This document shows positions 11,601-18,270 of a DNA stretch of 64,000 nucleotides, one piece after another. A model generated the notes under the pieces. That model saw only the letters and a list, made by a program, of their open reading frames with translations, was not told the origin of the DNA and ran no database searches. The position numbers were made by a program, and so were the translations under genes. This stretch comes from an uncultured Methanosarcinales archaeon (GTDB lineage Archaea; Nanobdellota; Nanobdellia; Woesearchaeales; GW2011-AR4), in the NCBI GenBank assembly GCA_964438385.1, contig CAYTKI010000028.1, positions 6,521-70,520 on the forward strand. Reading direction: 5' to 3'. Each line of letters starts with the position of its first letter. Positions within the stretch are counted from its first letter, which is position 1.

Positions 11601-11695
11601 CAGCATCCAGAGGCCTGTGCAATGGTAAGGGGAAGGATAAATGTAAAGAGAGTAGTGATGAGAAGCATCAGGCAAAGTGATTTTTTTGTGTCCAT
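5627..11695 (-). CDS. giant (2022 aa) type-I membrane surface protein with Cys-rich repeat array
   Basis: Sec signal peptide (MDTKKSLCLMLLITTLFTFILPLTIAQA); 6 tandem CG[DN]G...E.CD...FG...C repeats plus CGGTC modules; Asp-rich DPDSDG/DTDGDG calcium-binding-like motifs; single TM helix (ILIGLLVLGILGAGGYYAYARYY) at 6158..6223; Lys/Glu-rich cytoplasmic tail. Confidence 0.85.
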   Translation of the reverse strand: MDTKKSLCLMLLITTLFTFILPLTIAQASGCCFNPGASIAATCNFQSFVSKDQDCCPKPETANPSFYKSASFPSYPLNAQDCETNFFLANSACDAVDSCKIGCCCEPSGPSTKTKVHCTGTGTEFFNNPCSQVSCQTPQCNDGIDNDNNGCTDSSDTGCVSPSDTREENGICIGSSQGCSDPTYVPALSAFSVIPLKGKKQFLLSWQDECSQNSLSYDIFRCLGDGCTTFTRIGSSSTQTFTDSSDSLLFDTHYSYLVRAHYSIRSATPQVQKTASLGNIECLGKSTFEKFCVQPSTYLASKDYLIINFPLNFSTANFISEVRGKFSSKINKGFSCDSANVLQYAGVSCSPEEACIVKGSVPTCVPTDKCQQEGFNAFQLFGFELACENGKYCFYDKSTSPIDACYACKPEMNCYDYKSQGTCGRDNCGVSNCQWKTISTELGVGACITMQEKNCVWCDKSGTEGMESNRAHNKVYGGCTKEKADQLSTPLAQCIFTGTSAKTCDAVICTDIIAANCPSTPVQFSTNNKLVPRGIQCGADMCRKFSNKCRKDADADGNADCSIASCEADIFPPDTSFVAIISNGSLNQIRMDIRDKAGPNGALALRTTPDYETFLCKNACPINHPFGISTTSQTLLYSNRKLFDKNTLKNIMNLTPGENTLKYYSRDPSKNVGEIKSITFTAPSTSTGPIVGNLSIPGATEHFDALFAGRVSTAEIIFLEPAIITFAQLKNPATGDRFQPSFSASEQTITRLTFTSPIPDGEYTLEINAKNQEGVFMSPLFSKTIVVDSKPPRILNSTPANGSLLRFSSASFSLGFAREAILTSVWIDGKDFSKNFTTLNNKVYSASVNISDGNKFMLITATSFAGITTTIPLYFVMNARPLEITLISPPYGVSAQRSFDVIVGTDNDAQCRHSIGSKADFQFMEPFLPSGGTEHKLAAFSGAFPSQVTLFVTCNDILQGQKTSSFTLSFDNTSPFIITSFAFPNPIQDEDNSTSLTVQTDDESICKYSRTNPLFAQMIPFDSFVSSNFSTISRQRVTEGGDGKYTYFVACQNKAQLISPSQNIFFTVNHTLPALITSLTPSIISKTATQLLVKTSKTMQCRFSQTDRTAVSGSLFGPPALVHSTTLALDDGHYTFFVACRDQSLTTFSPAIVVNFTVDTQPPSMLFVDDSSTFESLPQQSCLTDRLRVKWLAEDRGSGVREYFYSLLQGSTEIVGFTRALVSNEFLFVKNLSLQDNTKYVFKVKAKDFVDLESQPLLSDGVIVDTSLCLQSAKCGDGNINTAGEECDGTTFGTIKGCTQYSNFASGTLKCSPQCRIDTSGCNPESRCGNGILDPGEACDRTTFGKITSCSSYNGSFSSGTIGCTPSCELDTTSCTEKAACGNGIIDAGESCDKNSFGPLDGSCTSYSPLRFTSGTLKCTNCHVDTSGCQDTSAGLCGDGSLNKDEECDGTAFGTIASCTAYPSFTGGTISCSQGCALNTSGCIEVSSCGNGIIDAGESCEGATLGPIPLQCADYTPSFKTGKISCSSCKLNTKECRTSQDDPCGNGKLDIGELCDGNTIGNISDISCRGYSPYFLNGTLNCRVCRLTTDGCLSNESLNLRCNDRGDCATGANCTASADCGSGFCNLGKCAAATCSDSITNQEESAVDCGGTCKACGEGERCRENKDCGEQSCSFGFCKPMEECADGKLSPGEVGVDCGGTCEKRCGQGDGCISSGDCVAGLECRQGTCKICSTDDTNCDGVTDTESGTSADSFIQWAIEHGFDVNNPNLGEEDPDSDGLTNRKEFSFSTDPLNPDTDGDGATDGDEIDAGTNPLDPNDYPPSSVKGILIGLLVLGILGAGGYYAYARYYLNNSKQSSTDFSTFGQQPLPPLPEERTEQAPIARQSAELTEQKKEMIKEKSQEKHDKERNERENIFSIFSHKTEQPEHLEKMSSDMPGKQSQEAQKPESKTPQKRKIIIRIRKPQQKILQKKDAFEMLKSLKHQRSAQNLPKEKGAAQSKPGKMKNNPKDPITKITQPGKKS
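6920..7876 (-). repeat. in-frame tandem array of ~48-54-aa Myxococcus-type cysteine-rich repeats (aa 1274-1592 of giant protein)
   Basis: Repeats begin CGDGNINTAGEECDG, CGNGILDPGEACD, CGNGIIDAGESCD, CGDGSLNKDEECDG, CGNGIIDAGESCE, CGNGKLDIGELCD; near-identical nucleotide stretches e.g. 7190-7230 vs 7519-7560. Confidence 0.8.
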
Positions 11696-11746
11696 TTTTT
11701 TTGTGATGGTGCTGATGGTTCTTGAATAGTATGTAGGAATTTTAAA

Positions 11747-12949
11747 TTAAGGGGTGAAAGGGTTTCTGATAATGAAAATGTCCTGGTAATCTTCCAGTTC
11801 GCCATCAGACGCGGTGATGCGCACCGTCATATCGGGAGTGGTGATTGTCTGTGGCAATTGCGGCTTGCCGCTCCTGCTCTCAACGGTGAATTGGTAGGAT
11901 ATGGAATCTTCATCAGGGTCGTCTGCGGCCGGTGCCAGAAGGTAGGATGCGAGCAGTTCCTTGGTGATTTCCGTGTTGTGGGAAAAGTTGAGCTTGCCAA
12001 AAGAGAGGTAGTGGAATGTTTGGTTTGGCTTAAGGTAGTGGAGCGCGGGGTTGCGGTTATGGCGCGCAACATGGATTTCATAGGGCTTACCGCTGATAGA
12101 GGATTGGGTATCTTTTAGAATGAGGATATCATCATGGTTGTGTACATCATGGAGTATTGCAAGGGACATGTCCTGCGGAGCGTTTACCTTGGAAATGTTA
12201 AGCAAGATGTCATTCACTTCGTTATTCAGGATGGAAGAGAGCGCGGTATGCATGCCAAGAAGGCGTACGCCGTATATCGTCTTGAATTCCTGGAGGGAGA
12301 TTTCCTCTTGGGTGATGGAATTTGAGATGGTGAGGGGATAGGAAAGTGTGATGTCCACAGTCTGCTCGCCGAATGCCGCATGGGTGGATTTTTCTCCCTT
12401 GGAAAAAGAATATCCTTGCTTCTCAAAGAATGCATAATCGATGCAGGAATCTATTGCAGAGGAGATATACTGCTCAAGCTGGTATGCAAAAGATGAGCTT
12501 GAGCCGTTGATTGGAGGCAGGAGCACTGTGCCTAATGATATGCCTGGCGTTGGTTGATCTGGTCCATAAGGTGCGGAAGTGGTGGGGTATGCGGGCAACA
12601 AAACAAGCCCAGGTGAAATACCATAGTTCACCTTCTGTCCCTGAAATGGAGCGAAGAGTGCGCCGGCATGAAAATCAATTGGATCGGCAAAGATTCCCCC
12701 TTGGTTTCGATAAATGATTCCGCCTTGATCTCCCAATAGTTTGAGTGCATCGGCTGAGGTGGAATCAAGGCATGTGGTAATGTGCTGGATGATTGGTTTC
12801 ACTTCCGAAGTGGTTGTCTGCGTCTTGGTCATTTCCTGTGTGGTGCGCTTTGTGATGGCTGATTTGCCGATGGAAAATCCGATAGTGATCATGAGCAAAA
12901 GCGCAATGCCAAGGATGATGGCAATCGTTGCCTGTGATGTGCGGGCCAT
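11747..12949 (-). CDS. hypothetical N-anchored extracellular protein
   Basis: 400 aa; MARTSQATIAIILGIALLLMITIGF anchor then Thr-rich linker; 7-nt gap to upstream gene (operon). Confidence 0.6.
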   Translation of the reverse strand: MARTSQATIAIILGIALLLMITIGFSIGKSAITKRTTQEMTKTQTTTSEVKPIIQHITTCLDSTSADALKLLGDQGGIIYRNQGGIFADPIDFHAGALFAPFQGQKVNYGISPGLVLLPAYPTTSAPYGPDQPTPGISLGTVLLPPINGSSSSFAYQLEQYISSAIDSCIDYAFFEKQGYSFSKGEKSTHAAFGEQTVDITLSYPLTISNSITQEEISLQEFKTIYGVRLLGMHTALSSILNNEVNDILLNISKVNAPQDMSLAILHDVHNHDDILILKDTQSSISGKPYEIHVARHNRNPALHYLKPNQTFHYLSFGKLNFSHNTEITKELLASYLLAPAADDPDEDSISYQFTVESRSGKPQLPQTITTPDMTVRITASDGELEDYQDIFIIRNPFTP

Positions 12950-12956
12950 TGGTTCT

Positions 12957-15239
12957 CTAGGAGATACGCACTTTTGAAGTCAGGTCCGGCCATACTTGCT
13001 CTGGTTGGAAAGTTGTTAAGCCGCCGCCTTGCAGCAATAGGCGGTAAGTTTGCCCTGTTTTCACGCATTCAATGCCTGCATTTGTTCCCCCAAGCTGCTG
13101 GGTGAATTGGCTTGCAAACTCGCAGATGTTGATGTCGTTGAAGTTGGAGTATTCAATTGTGGCATGGTCCCCTTGCAGGACTCCAAAGATGCGTTTCCCG
13201 CCTTGCTCTGTGATGTAGAGCCGCTGGAATTTTGCACTCTGGCCTTCGAAAGAGGGAAGGGAAAATGATGAGGATTGTAATCTTTGCCTGAGTGCAAAGA
13301 GGAGGGCATCTAACGGGTCTTTGAGAAATGAGGCAAAAAAGGACTGTGTGCTCTGTGAATTGATGGAAAGGGAATTTTTGCCGTAAATAGCGGACTCCAA
13401 TTTTTTGTTGTACCAGAGCGTGCCTGAAGTGTCACATTTGTGGTACTGCCCATCATCCTGCTGGGCTCCCGAGCAGCTCTGCACAGAAAAAAGGTCGAGT
13501 GTAGCGGCAGAGGTAAGGGGGGTGTTGAAGCTTGCGCCAACGGCAATGTTATTGTTTTGCTGCAGTACGCAGACGTTATTCGCATTTGTTCCAAAATACA
13601 GCGATGCCTGCTTTCCCGATGGAGTGAGATAGTCAAGTAAATTGAGTGTATTCTCTGTCTTATCGCAGAAGAGAGTGTAGCTGCCTGAATTTTTCGAGGA
13701 AAGAAGTGTAAGTGCTATCTGAGCGGTCCGGCTGGACCAATCCCCCGAAGAGCAGTAATCATCCTTGATGAATTGTTGGGAAGCGATGCACTGTGGGTTC
13801 TTTGTAGGGTTGTTATTGTCTGCGGCATTGCCCGATGGGTTAACCATGCATTGGGTGGCATTGGGGCAGTAGCCCTCTGCCTCTCCGTTGATGGTTTTCT
13901 TCGGTACGGCAGTTATCCAGTTGCCCGCCATACAGCGGAAATCAGGGAGCGCATTTTCTGATGTAGGGTGGGGTGATTGGTCATCAATGCAGCTCTGCCC
14001 GTCCCAGCATTGCGAGGGCGCGCAGCATTCTGATTGGGAAGTTGAGTTTGTGTTGGGTACCTGAACTGGTGAAGTCTTGAATGATGAGCGATCCTTCCCT
14101 CCAGTCGCCATCCATTTTTCCCTAAAAGAGCAGTAGTAGCTCTTGTCGGGGTCATTTGTGCAATAGGGATCATCAGCAACAAGAATCTGGGATGTGTGCT
14201 TATCCGAAAGCGAGAGATAGGCGTTATTTTGGGAATTGTAATTACTTTTTGAGATGGCGCACCCATGAAATTTTCCATTGAAATTAACGACATCGTGGAC
14301 AGCATCGACAAAATTGATGCTGATCACAGGCTTTGAATTCCAGCATCCTCCGGTCTGGTCGTTATAGTATTCATGCGGATCATCTGCCTCGCTGCAGCAT
14401 TTTGTCCCGGTCCATGTGAGGTTTGCCGGATTCCCATCAGGAGTCTTCGCATTCTTGCAGCTCTGCTCATCTTTGGTGTCAAGATCAGTGGTGAAGGTGC
14501 GATCTGTTGCGCAGTAATGGGTTACTCCAGAGACGAGTGCAGAACCCCCTGCCGATAGGCGCTTGCCATTGGTCTTTGAATAGCAGGCAGCTGAGCCGCA
14601 GCATTCAATGAGGGATCCTTGCCCTCCTTGGCCGGTGCAGAGGTATTCATGCGCTGGGCTCCCTATGGGGCGCTTTGAAAAGGATGCGCAGTCTATCCAT
14701 GCGGTATTGTCAAGCACCTTCTCCTTGTTTTGGCAGCCCACAAAAATGATATCATTTTTGCTGCTTGAGGGAATCAGCCAGCGCGCAGACCTGCCTTCTG
14801 CATCTATTGCGCACAGGGCATTCTTGCTGAGCATGCCGCAGTCTGAGGAATCATCTCCGCAACAACGTTTTGCGGCATCTGCCTGTGAGTCAAAATCAGC
14901 TCCATCGATGCAGCCGCACGCGCCAATGTTATCATCTGGGTTGGTGATTTTTGCCTCATCGAGGCTTTTTGTGGCCCGTGCGGTGCAGCCGCCGGGGATA
15001 TAGGCGCTCTCTGATAAAAAATAGCTGAAAGTCTCAGCAGTCAGGCTGCCAGATTCCGCCTTATTGCCAAGAGAGTCATAGCATCCTGCCGGCTTGTTGA
15101 CGCAGTCCGGTGGGGGGGTTGGAGGGGATTTCGGGCTTGAGGAGAAAGCAGAGGCGGATGATGAGACAAGTACAAGCAAAGTAAAAAGGAATAATGATAA
15201 GGTGAATGTACTGAGAAGTATGGTATTAATCTGTTTCAT
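12957..15239 (-). CDS. secreted Cys-rich protein (760 aa)
   Basis: Classic signal peptide ...LVLVSSSASA|FSSSPKSPPTPPPD; >50 Cys; TATA-like tttaaatac ~40 nt upstream. Confidence 0.65.
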   Translation of the reverse strand: MKQINTILLSTFTLSLFLFTLLVLVSSSASAFSSSPKSPPTPPPDCVNKPAGCYDSLGNKAESGSLTAETFSYFLSESAYIPGGCTARATKSLDEAKITNPDDNIGACGCIDGADFDSQADAAKRCCGDDSSDCGMLSKNALCAIDAEGRSARWLIPSSSKNDIIFVGCQNKEKVLDNTAWIDCASFSKRPIGSPAHEYLCTGQGGQGSLIECCGSAACYSKTNGKRLSAGGSALVSGVTHYCATDRTFTTDLDTKDEQSCKNAKTPDGNPANLTWTGTKCCSEADDPHEYYNDQTGGCWNSKPVISINFVDAVHDVVNFNGKFHGCAISKSNYNSQNNAYLSLSDKHTSQILVADDPYCTNDPDKSYYCSFREKWMATGGKDRSSFKTSPVQVPNTNSTSQSECCAPSQCWDGQSCIDDQSPHPTSENALPDFRCMAGNWITAVPKKTINGEAEGYCPNATQCMVNPSGNAADNNNPTKNPQCIASQQFIKDDYCSSGDWSSRTAQIALTLLSSKNSGSYTLFCDKTENTLNLLDYLTPSGKQASLYFGTNANNVCVLQQNNNIAVGASFNTPLTSAATLDLFSVQSCSGAQQDDGQYHKCDTSGTLWYNKKLESAIYGKNSLSINSQSTQSFFASFLKDPLDALLFALRQRLQSSSFSLPSFEGQSAKFQRLYITEQGGKRIFGVLQGDHATIEYSNFNDINICEFASQFTQQLGGTNAGIECVKTGQTYRLLLQGGGLTTFQPEQVWPDLTSKVRIS

Positions 15240-15264
15240 TTAGTTCCTCTTTTTTTGTTCTGCT

Positions 15265-16398
15265 GTGAAGGACAAGGTATTTAAACATTTCTTAATGGTT
15301 TCACTGCGAAGCTGGGTGCTTTCTGTGCTGTTTCCAGCAACAAGGTTTATGGATGCCGAGAAGAGAAAGAAAGGAATGAGGGAGAATGGGGCAGTGTTCT
15401 GGATTATTGGGGCCATCTGCCTTGCGGCGTGGCTTGCTGACGCATATCTTGTGACTCAGATCTATCAGGAATATGGGCTATTGCTGTGGTATTGTAGTTT
15501 TATTTTCATGATGCTAGGATTTGGCGCCATTCTCAGGAGCCCTTCCCTGCTCATGGCATGCGCGGCGACTGGTGTTGTAATCCAGAGCATTTGGATAGCG
15601 GATTTTTCCTGGATGGCCTTTCTTGGGCGCCCACTTAGTGGGGTGGCACAATATTCGTTTGCTCCGGGATATAGTGGTATGGAATTTCTCATCAACGTCA
15701 GGCATTTCTTAATTATTCCTTTCTCCCTTTACCTCCTATTTCGTGTGGGGAAAAAAGGGAAGTGGAGTGCGGAGATTATAACCGGCACCTCGCTTCTCGT
15801 GTTTGTTTTGTCGTATGTGTTTGGAAGAGAGAAAAACGTGAATTGCGTGCTCAAGCCTTGCATTGCTGCGCTTGATTCAGGGATGCGTGGCCAGGAGTAT
15901 GTACTCATTCTCGCGGGAGTGTGCATTGCGTTCTTTTTATGTATGAAATTTATTTTGGAGTATATGATTGATAGAATGCGCGCTTTGCCTGCTTCGCAAT
16001 CGAAAGTGGTGCTGGATTGGTGCTTTATTGTTGTAATAATTATTTCATTCTTGATTCTAACAGCCGGCTACATGAGGTATACGCAGGTTCCAAAATATAG
16101 TTGTGCTTCTGTTGAATGCAGCGGCTGCCTCGTGAAAGCTGAGTGCCGGTATGTGAGGTTTTCTGATGACAAACGGCTGTGGGTGGAGTGGACGCTGCAA
16201 AACACAGGGCCCGTGGAATCCGTCTGTGATCTCACACTTAAGCAGCAGGCAAAAGCAAGCGATAAGGTGGGGGCTTCTGCGCTTGGGACGTTTTACATCA
16301 GGCCAGGAGAAAAAAGGAAGATGTCGAGAGAGTTGGAAGTTCCTGCCAAGGATACTCTGGTCTCATTCAATGCCTCGTGCCATCCAATTGGGGAGTAA
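15265..16398 (+). CDS. polytopic integral membrane protein, unknown function
   Basis: 377-aa ORF with >=7 hydrophobic helices; true start may be an internal Met (15352 or 15376) because a TATA-like element lies at 15283-15291. Confidence 0.5.
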   Translation: MKDKVFKHFLMVSLRSWVLSVLFPATRFMDAEKRKKGMRENGAVFWIIGAICLAAWLADAYLVTQIYQEYGLLLWYCSFIFMMLGFGAILRSPSLLMACAATGVVIQSIWIADFSWMAFLGRPLSGVAQYSFAPGYSGMEFLINVRHFLIIPFSLYLLFRVGKKGKWSAEIITGTSLLVFVLSYVFGREKNVNCVLKPCIAALDSGMRGQEYVLILAGVCIAFFLCMKFILEYMIDRMRALPASQSKVVLDWCFIVVIIISFLILTAGYMRYTQVPKYSCASVECSGCLVKAECRYVRFSDDKRLWVEWTLQNTGPVESVCDLTLKQQAKASDKVGASALGTFYIRPGEKRKMSRELEVPAKDTLVSFNASCHPIGE

Positions 16399-16429
16399 AA
16401 ACAGGGCTGTCTGGGCACGGTGGAGATGT

Positions 16430-16975
16430 TTAAGGGTGGAGCAGAGAAAGAATATCACTACTATCAATGCTGCCGCGCAATGCATAGGGGGAGCGGGCGC
16501 AGGAGAGAAGAAAAACCTGCACGTCGTATTTTTTCGCCAGGTGGATATTTTGCTTCGCCCGCCCAAGCAGCATCGCCCTCTCTTTGCCGGAAGCGGCAAG
16601 AATCATGGAAAAAGATATCCCTAACGCGATTCCTTTCTTTGCCAGAAGGGCGCAGAGCACCTGGTTCAGTCCGGAGTTGCGCGCGTGCAGGCCGTCTTTC
16701 GGTGCTGTTTTTTCCGGCTCAATGATCAGATCCGGCGCGGATTCGATTACCGCGACCTCATTGGTCGCTGTTGCAGAGAAAATTCCTTTTTGTTTTGCTT
16801 TCCTTATTTCATTTGGGTTGCTTGAGAGTATCCCGATGTGCCAAGTGGGATGCTCGTGTTTTTTCTCAATAGCGAGGGAAAAGGAATCGTAGAGAAACCT
16901 AAGTTCCAGAGTTCCAAGGCGCTTTGCCATTTCAAGGAACTCGTCCTCGTTGCCGTTTGGGATTGCAATGTCCAT
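16430..16975 (-). CDS. putative RNase P protein component 3 (Rpp30-like TIM-barrel)
   Basis: 181 aa; pattern ...NQVLCALLAKKGIALGISFSMIL... and C-terminal RGSIDSSDILSLL resemble Rpp30 family; unverified. Confidence 0.45.
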   Translation of the reverse strand: MDIAIPNGNEDEFLEMAKRLGTLELRFLYDSFSLAIEKKHEHPTWHIGILSSNPNEIRKAKQKGIFSATATNEVAVIESAPDLIIEPEKTAPKDGLHARNSGLNQVLCALLAKKGIALGISFSMILAASGKERAMLLGRAKQNIHLAKKYDVQVFLLSCARSPYALRGSIDSSDILSLLHP

Positions 16976-17155
16976 TTTGGTTTGTTTGGTATCCAGTTAT
17001 TTAATGGTTGCTCGCCAGGTTTTGTTTGGAGTATTGGGTAATTTCAGTAAAAATTAATGGGAGTACTCGATCAAAGAAAAATGGGGCGAAGTAAAATACA
17101 AAGAGAAAAAATAATAAAGGCAGCTTCAAGAATATGATTAGAAGAGGATGTTCTT

Positions 17156-17347
17156 ATGTCCAATCTTGATGCCATCGAAAAAAAGCTCAAAGAGCAGGGA
17201 AAGCGCGATTCTGGGTTTTCCACTTCCGTTACCACTCCTGATACGCCAAAGGCAAAGGTAAAGCGCCAGGAGGATTGTCCAAAGTGCAGGACCAGAAGCA
17301 TCGTCAAGGGGTTTTGCATCATCTGCGGCTACGAGACAAAGGATTAG
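17156..17347 (+). CDS. small zinc-ribbon protein
   Basis: 63 aa; Lys/Glu-rich N-term and C-terminal CPKC-x10-CIIC Cys4 motif; AGGATG-like RBS upstream. Confidence 0.35.
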   Translation: MSNLDAIEKKLKEQGKRDSGFSTSVTTPDTPKAKVKRQEDCPKCRTRSIVKGFCIICGYETKD

Positions 17348-17560
17348 GCATCTTGCAATATCGCAATTCTCTCTCCTTCTTCATCAATTTGTTGTATCAG
17401 GTCTCCATAAGAAGCCCAATTCATTGCGGGTTACATTAAATTTACAATATGGAAAATAATAAACTCCCTTCATAAATAGAGCATTAAAAAGAAAAAGGGG
17501 AAAAGTTCCATCGGAAATGAAGGAGGTTTGCCGTCTGAAATGTAATGGTGCAGATTGCTC

Positions 17561-17612
17561 TATTTAAAAATGAAAGTATTTATAAACTAGCGCCGGTGAG
17601 TGCCTTATATAC
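17561..17612 (+). promoter_or_regulatory. putative tbp promoter (TATA-like elements) with Shine-Dalgarno GGAGGT at 17633-17638
   Basis: tatttaaaaa, gtatttataaac, ccttatatac upstream of tbp ATG 17647. Confidence 0.4.
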
Positions 17613-17646
17613 ACACGGGGGTGTGTTGTAGTGGAGGTCGTTTTGT

Positions 17647-18231
17647 ATGGCAAAGAAAGTTGTCAAAGTGCAAAAAGTCGAGAAGAAAGATATCCAAGTG
17701 GTGAATATTGTTGTCTCCACCTCTCTTGAACATGCGATTCCTCTTGAGAAGATGGCTGCGACGCTTTCAAACACCGAGTATAATCCTGAGCAGTTTCCAG
17801 GGCTTGTCATCCGCATAAAGGAGCCAAAAACCTCTGCGCTGATTTTCTCATCGGGAAAAGTGGTCTGCACGGGCGCAAGGTCCATGGATAAAGTGGAGGA
17901 ATCCATCAAGAAGATCATCAAGTCACTTGAGAAAATCAACGTCAAGATAACCGTCAAGCCAAAAATAGAGATTCAAAATATGGTGGCGTCGGGAAGCGTT
18001 GGCATGGCTCTCAACCTCAATACACTTGCAATGAAGCTCGACAATACGGAATACGAGCCGGAGCAGTTTCCCGGTCTCGTCTACAAACTCGGCGGAAAAT
18101 CCGGCTATGAGAAAGCGACGTTCCTTCTCTTTAGCAACGGCAAGGTTGTCTGCACAGGAACAAAAAACGAGGGCGAAGTGCGCCAGGCGCTTGATAAGCT
18201 CATCGAAAATCTCAAGAAAGTGAAGGCATAG
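17647..18231 (+). CDS. tbp: TATA-box binding protein
   Basis: 194 aa with two direct repeats (…EYNPEQFPGLVIRIKEPKTSALIFSSGKVVCTGA… / …EYEPEQFPGLVYKLGGKSGYEKATFLLFSNGKVVCTGT…) diagnostic of archaeal TBP. Confidence 0.95.
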   Translation: MAKKVVKVQKVEKKDIQVVNIVVSTSLEHAIPLEKMAATLSNTEYNPEQFPGLVIRIKEPKTSALIFSSGKVVCTGARSMDKVEESIKKIIKSLEKINVKITVKPKIEIQNMVASGSVGMALNLNTLAMKLDNTEYEPEQFPGLVYKLGGKSGYEKATFLLFSNGKVVCTGTKNEGEVRQALDKLIENLKKVKA

Positions 18232-18236
18232 CCTGG

Positions 18237-18253
18237 CACTGGACACTGGACAT
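18237..18253 (+). promoter_or_regulatory. CACTGGA-CACTGGACAT motif between tbp stop and mcm start
   Basis: Shares 13-mer GGACACTGGACAT with 49247..49259 and 10-mer with 47242..47251. Confidence 0.4.
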
Positions 18254-18270
18254 CTGTGGGGGTAGTTTAA

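Noticed and set aside
17071-17322. Minus-strand 83-aa ORF overlapping the zinc-ribbon ORF
   Set aside because: No motifs; the plus-strand ORF has a Cys4 zinc ribbon and an RBS-like sequence, so the plus strand was preferred, although neither is certain.
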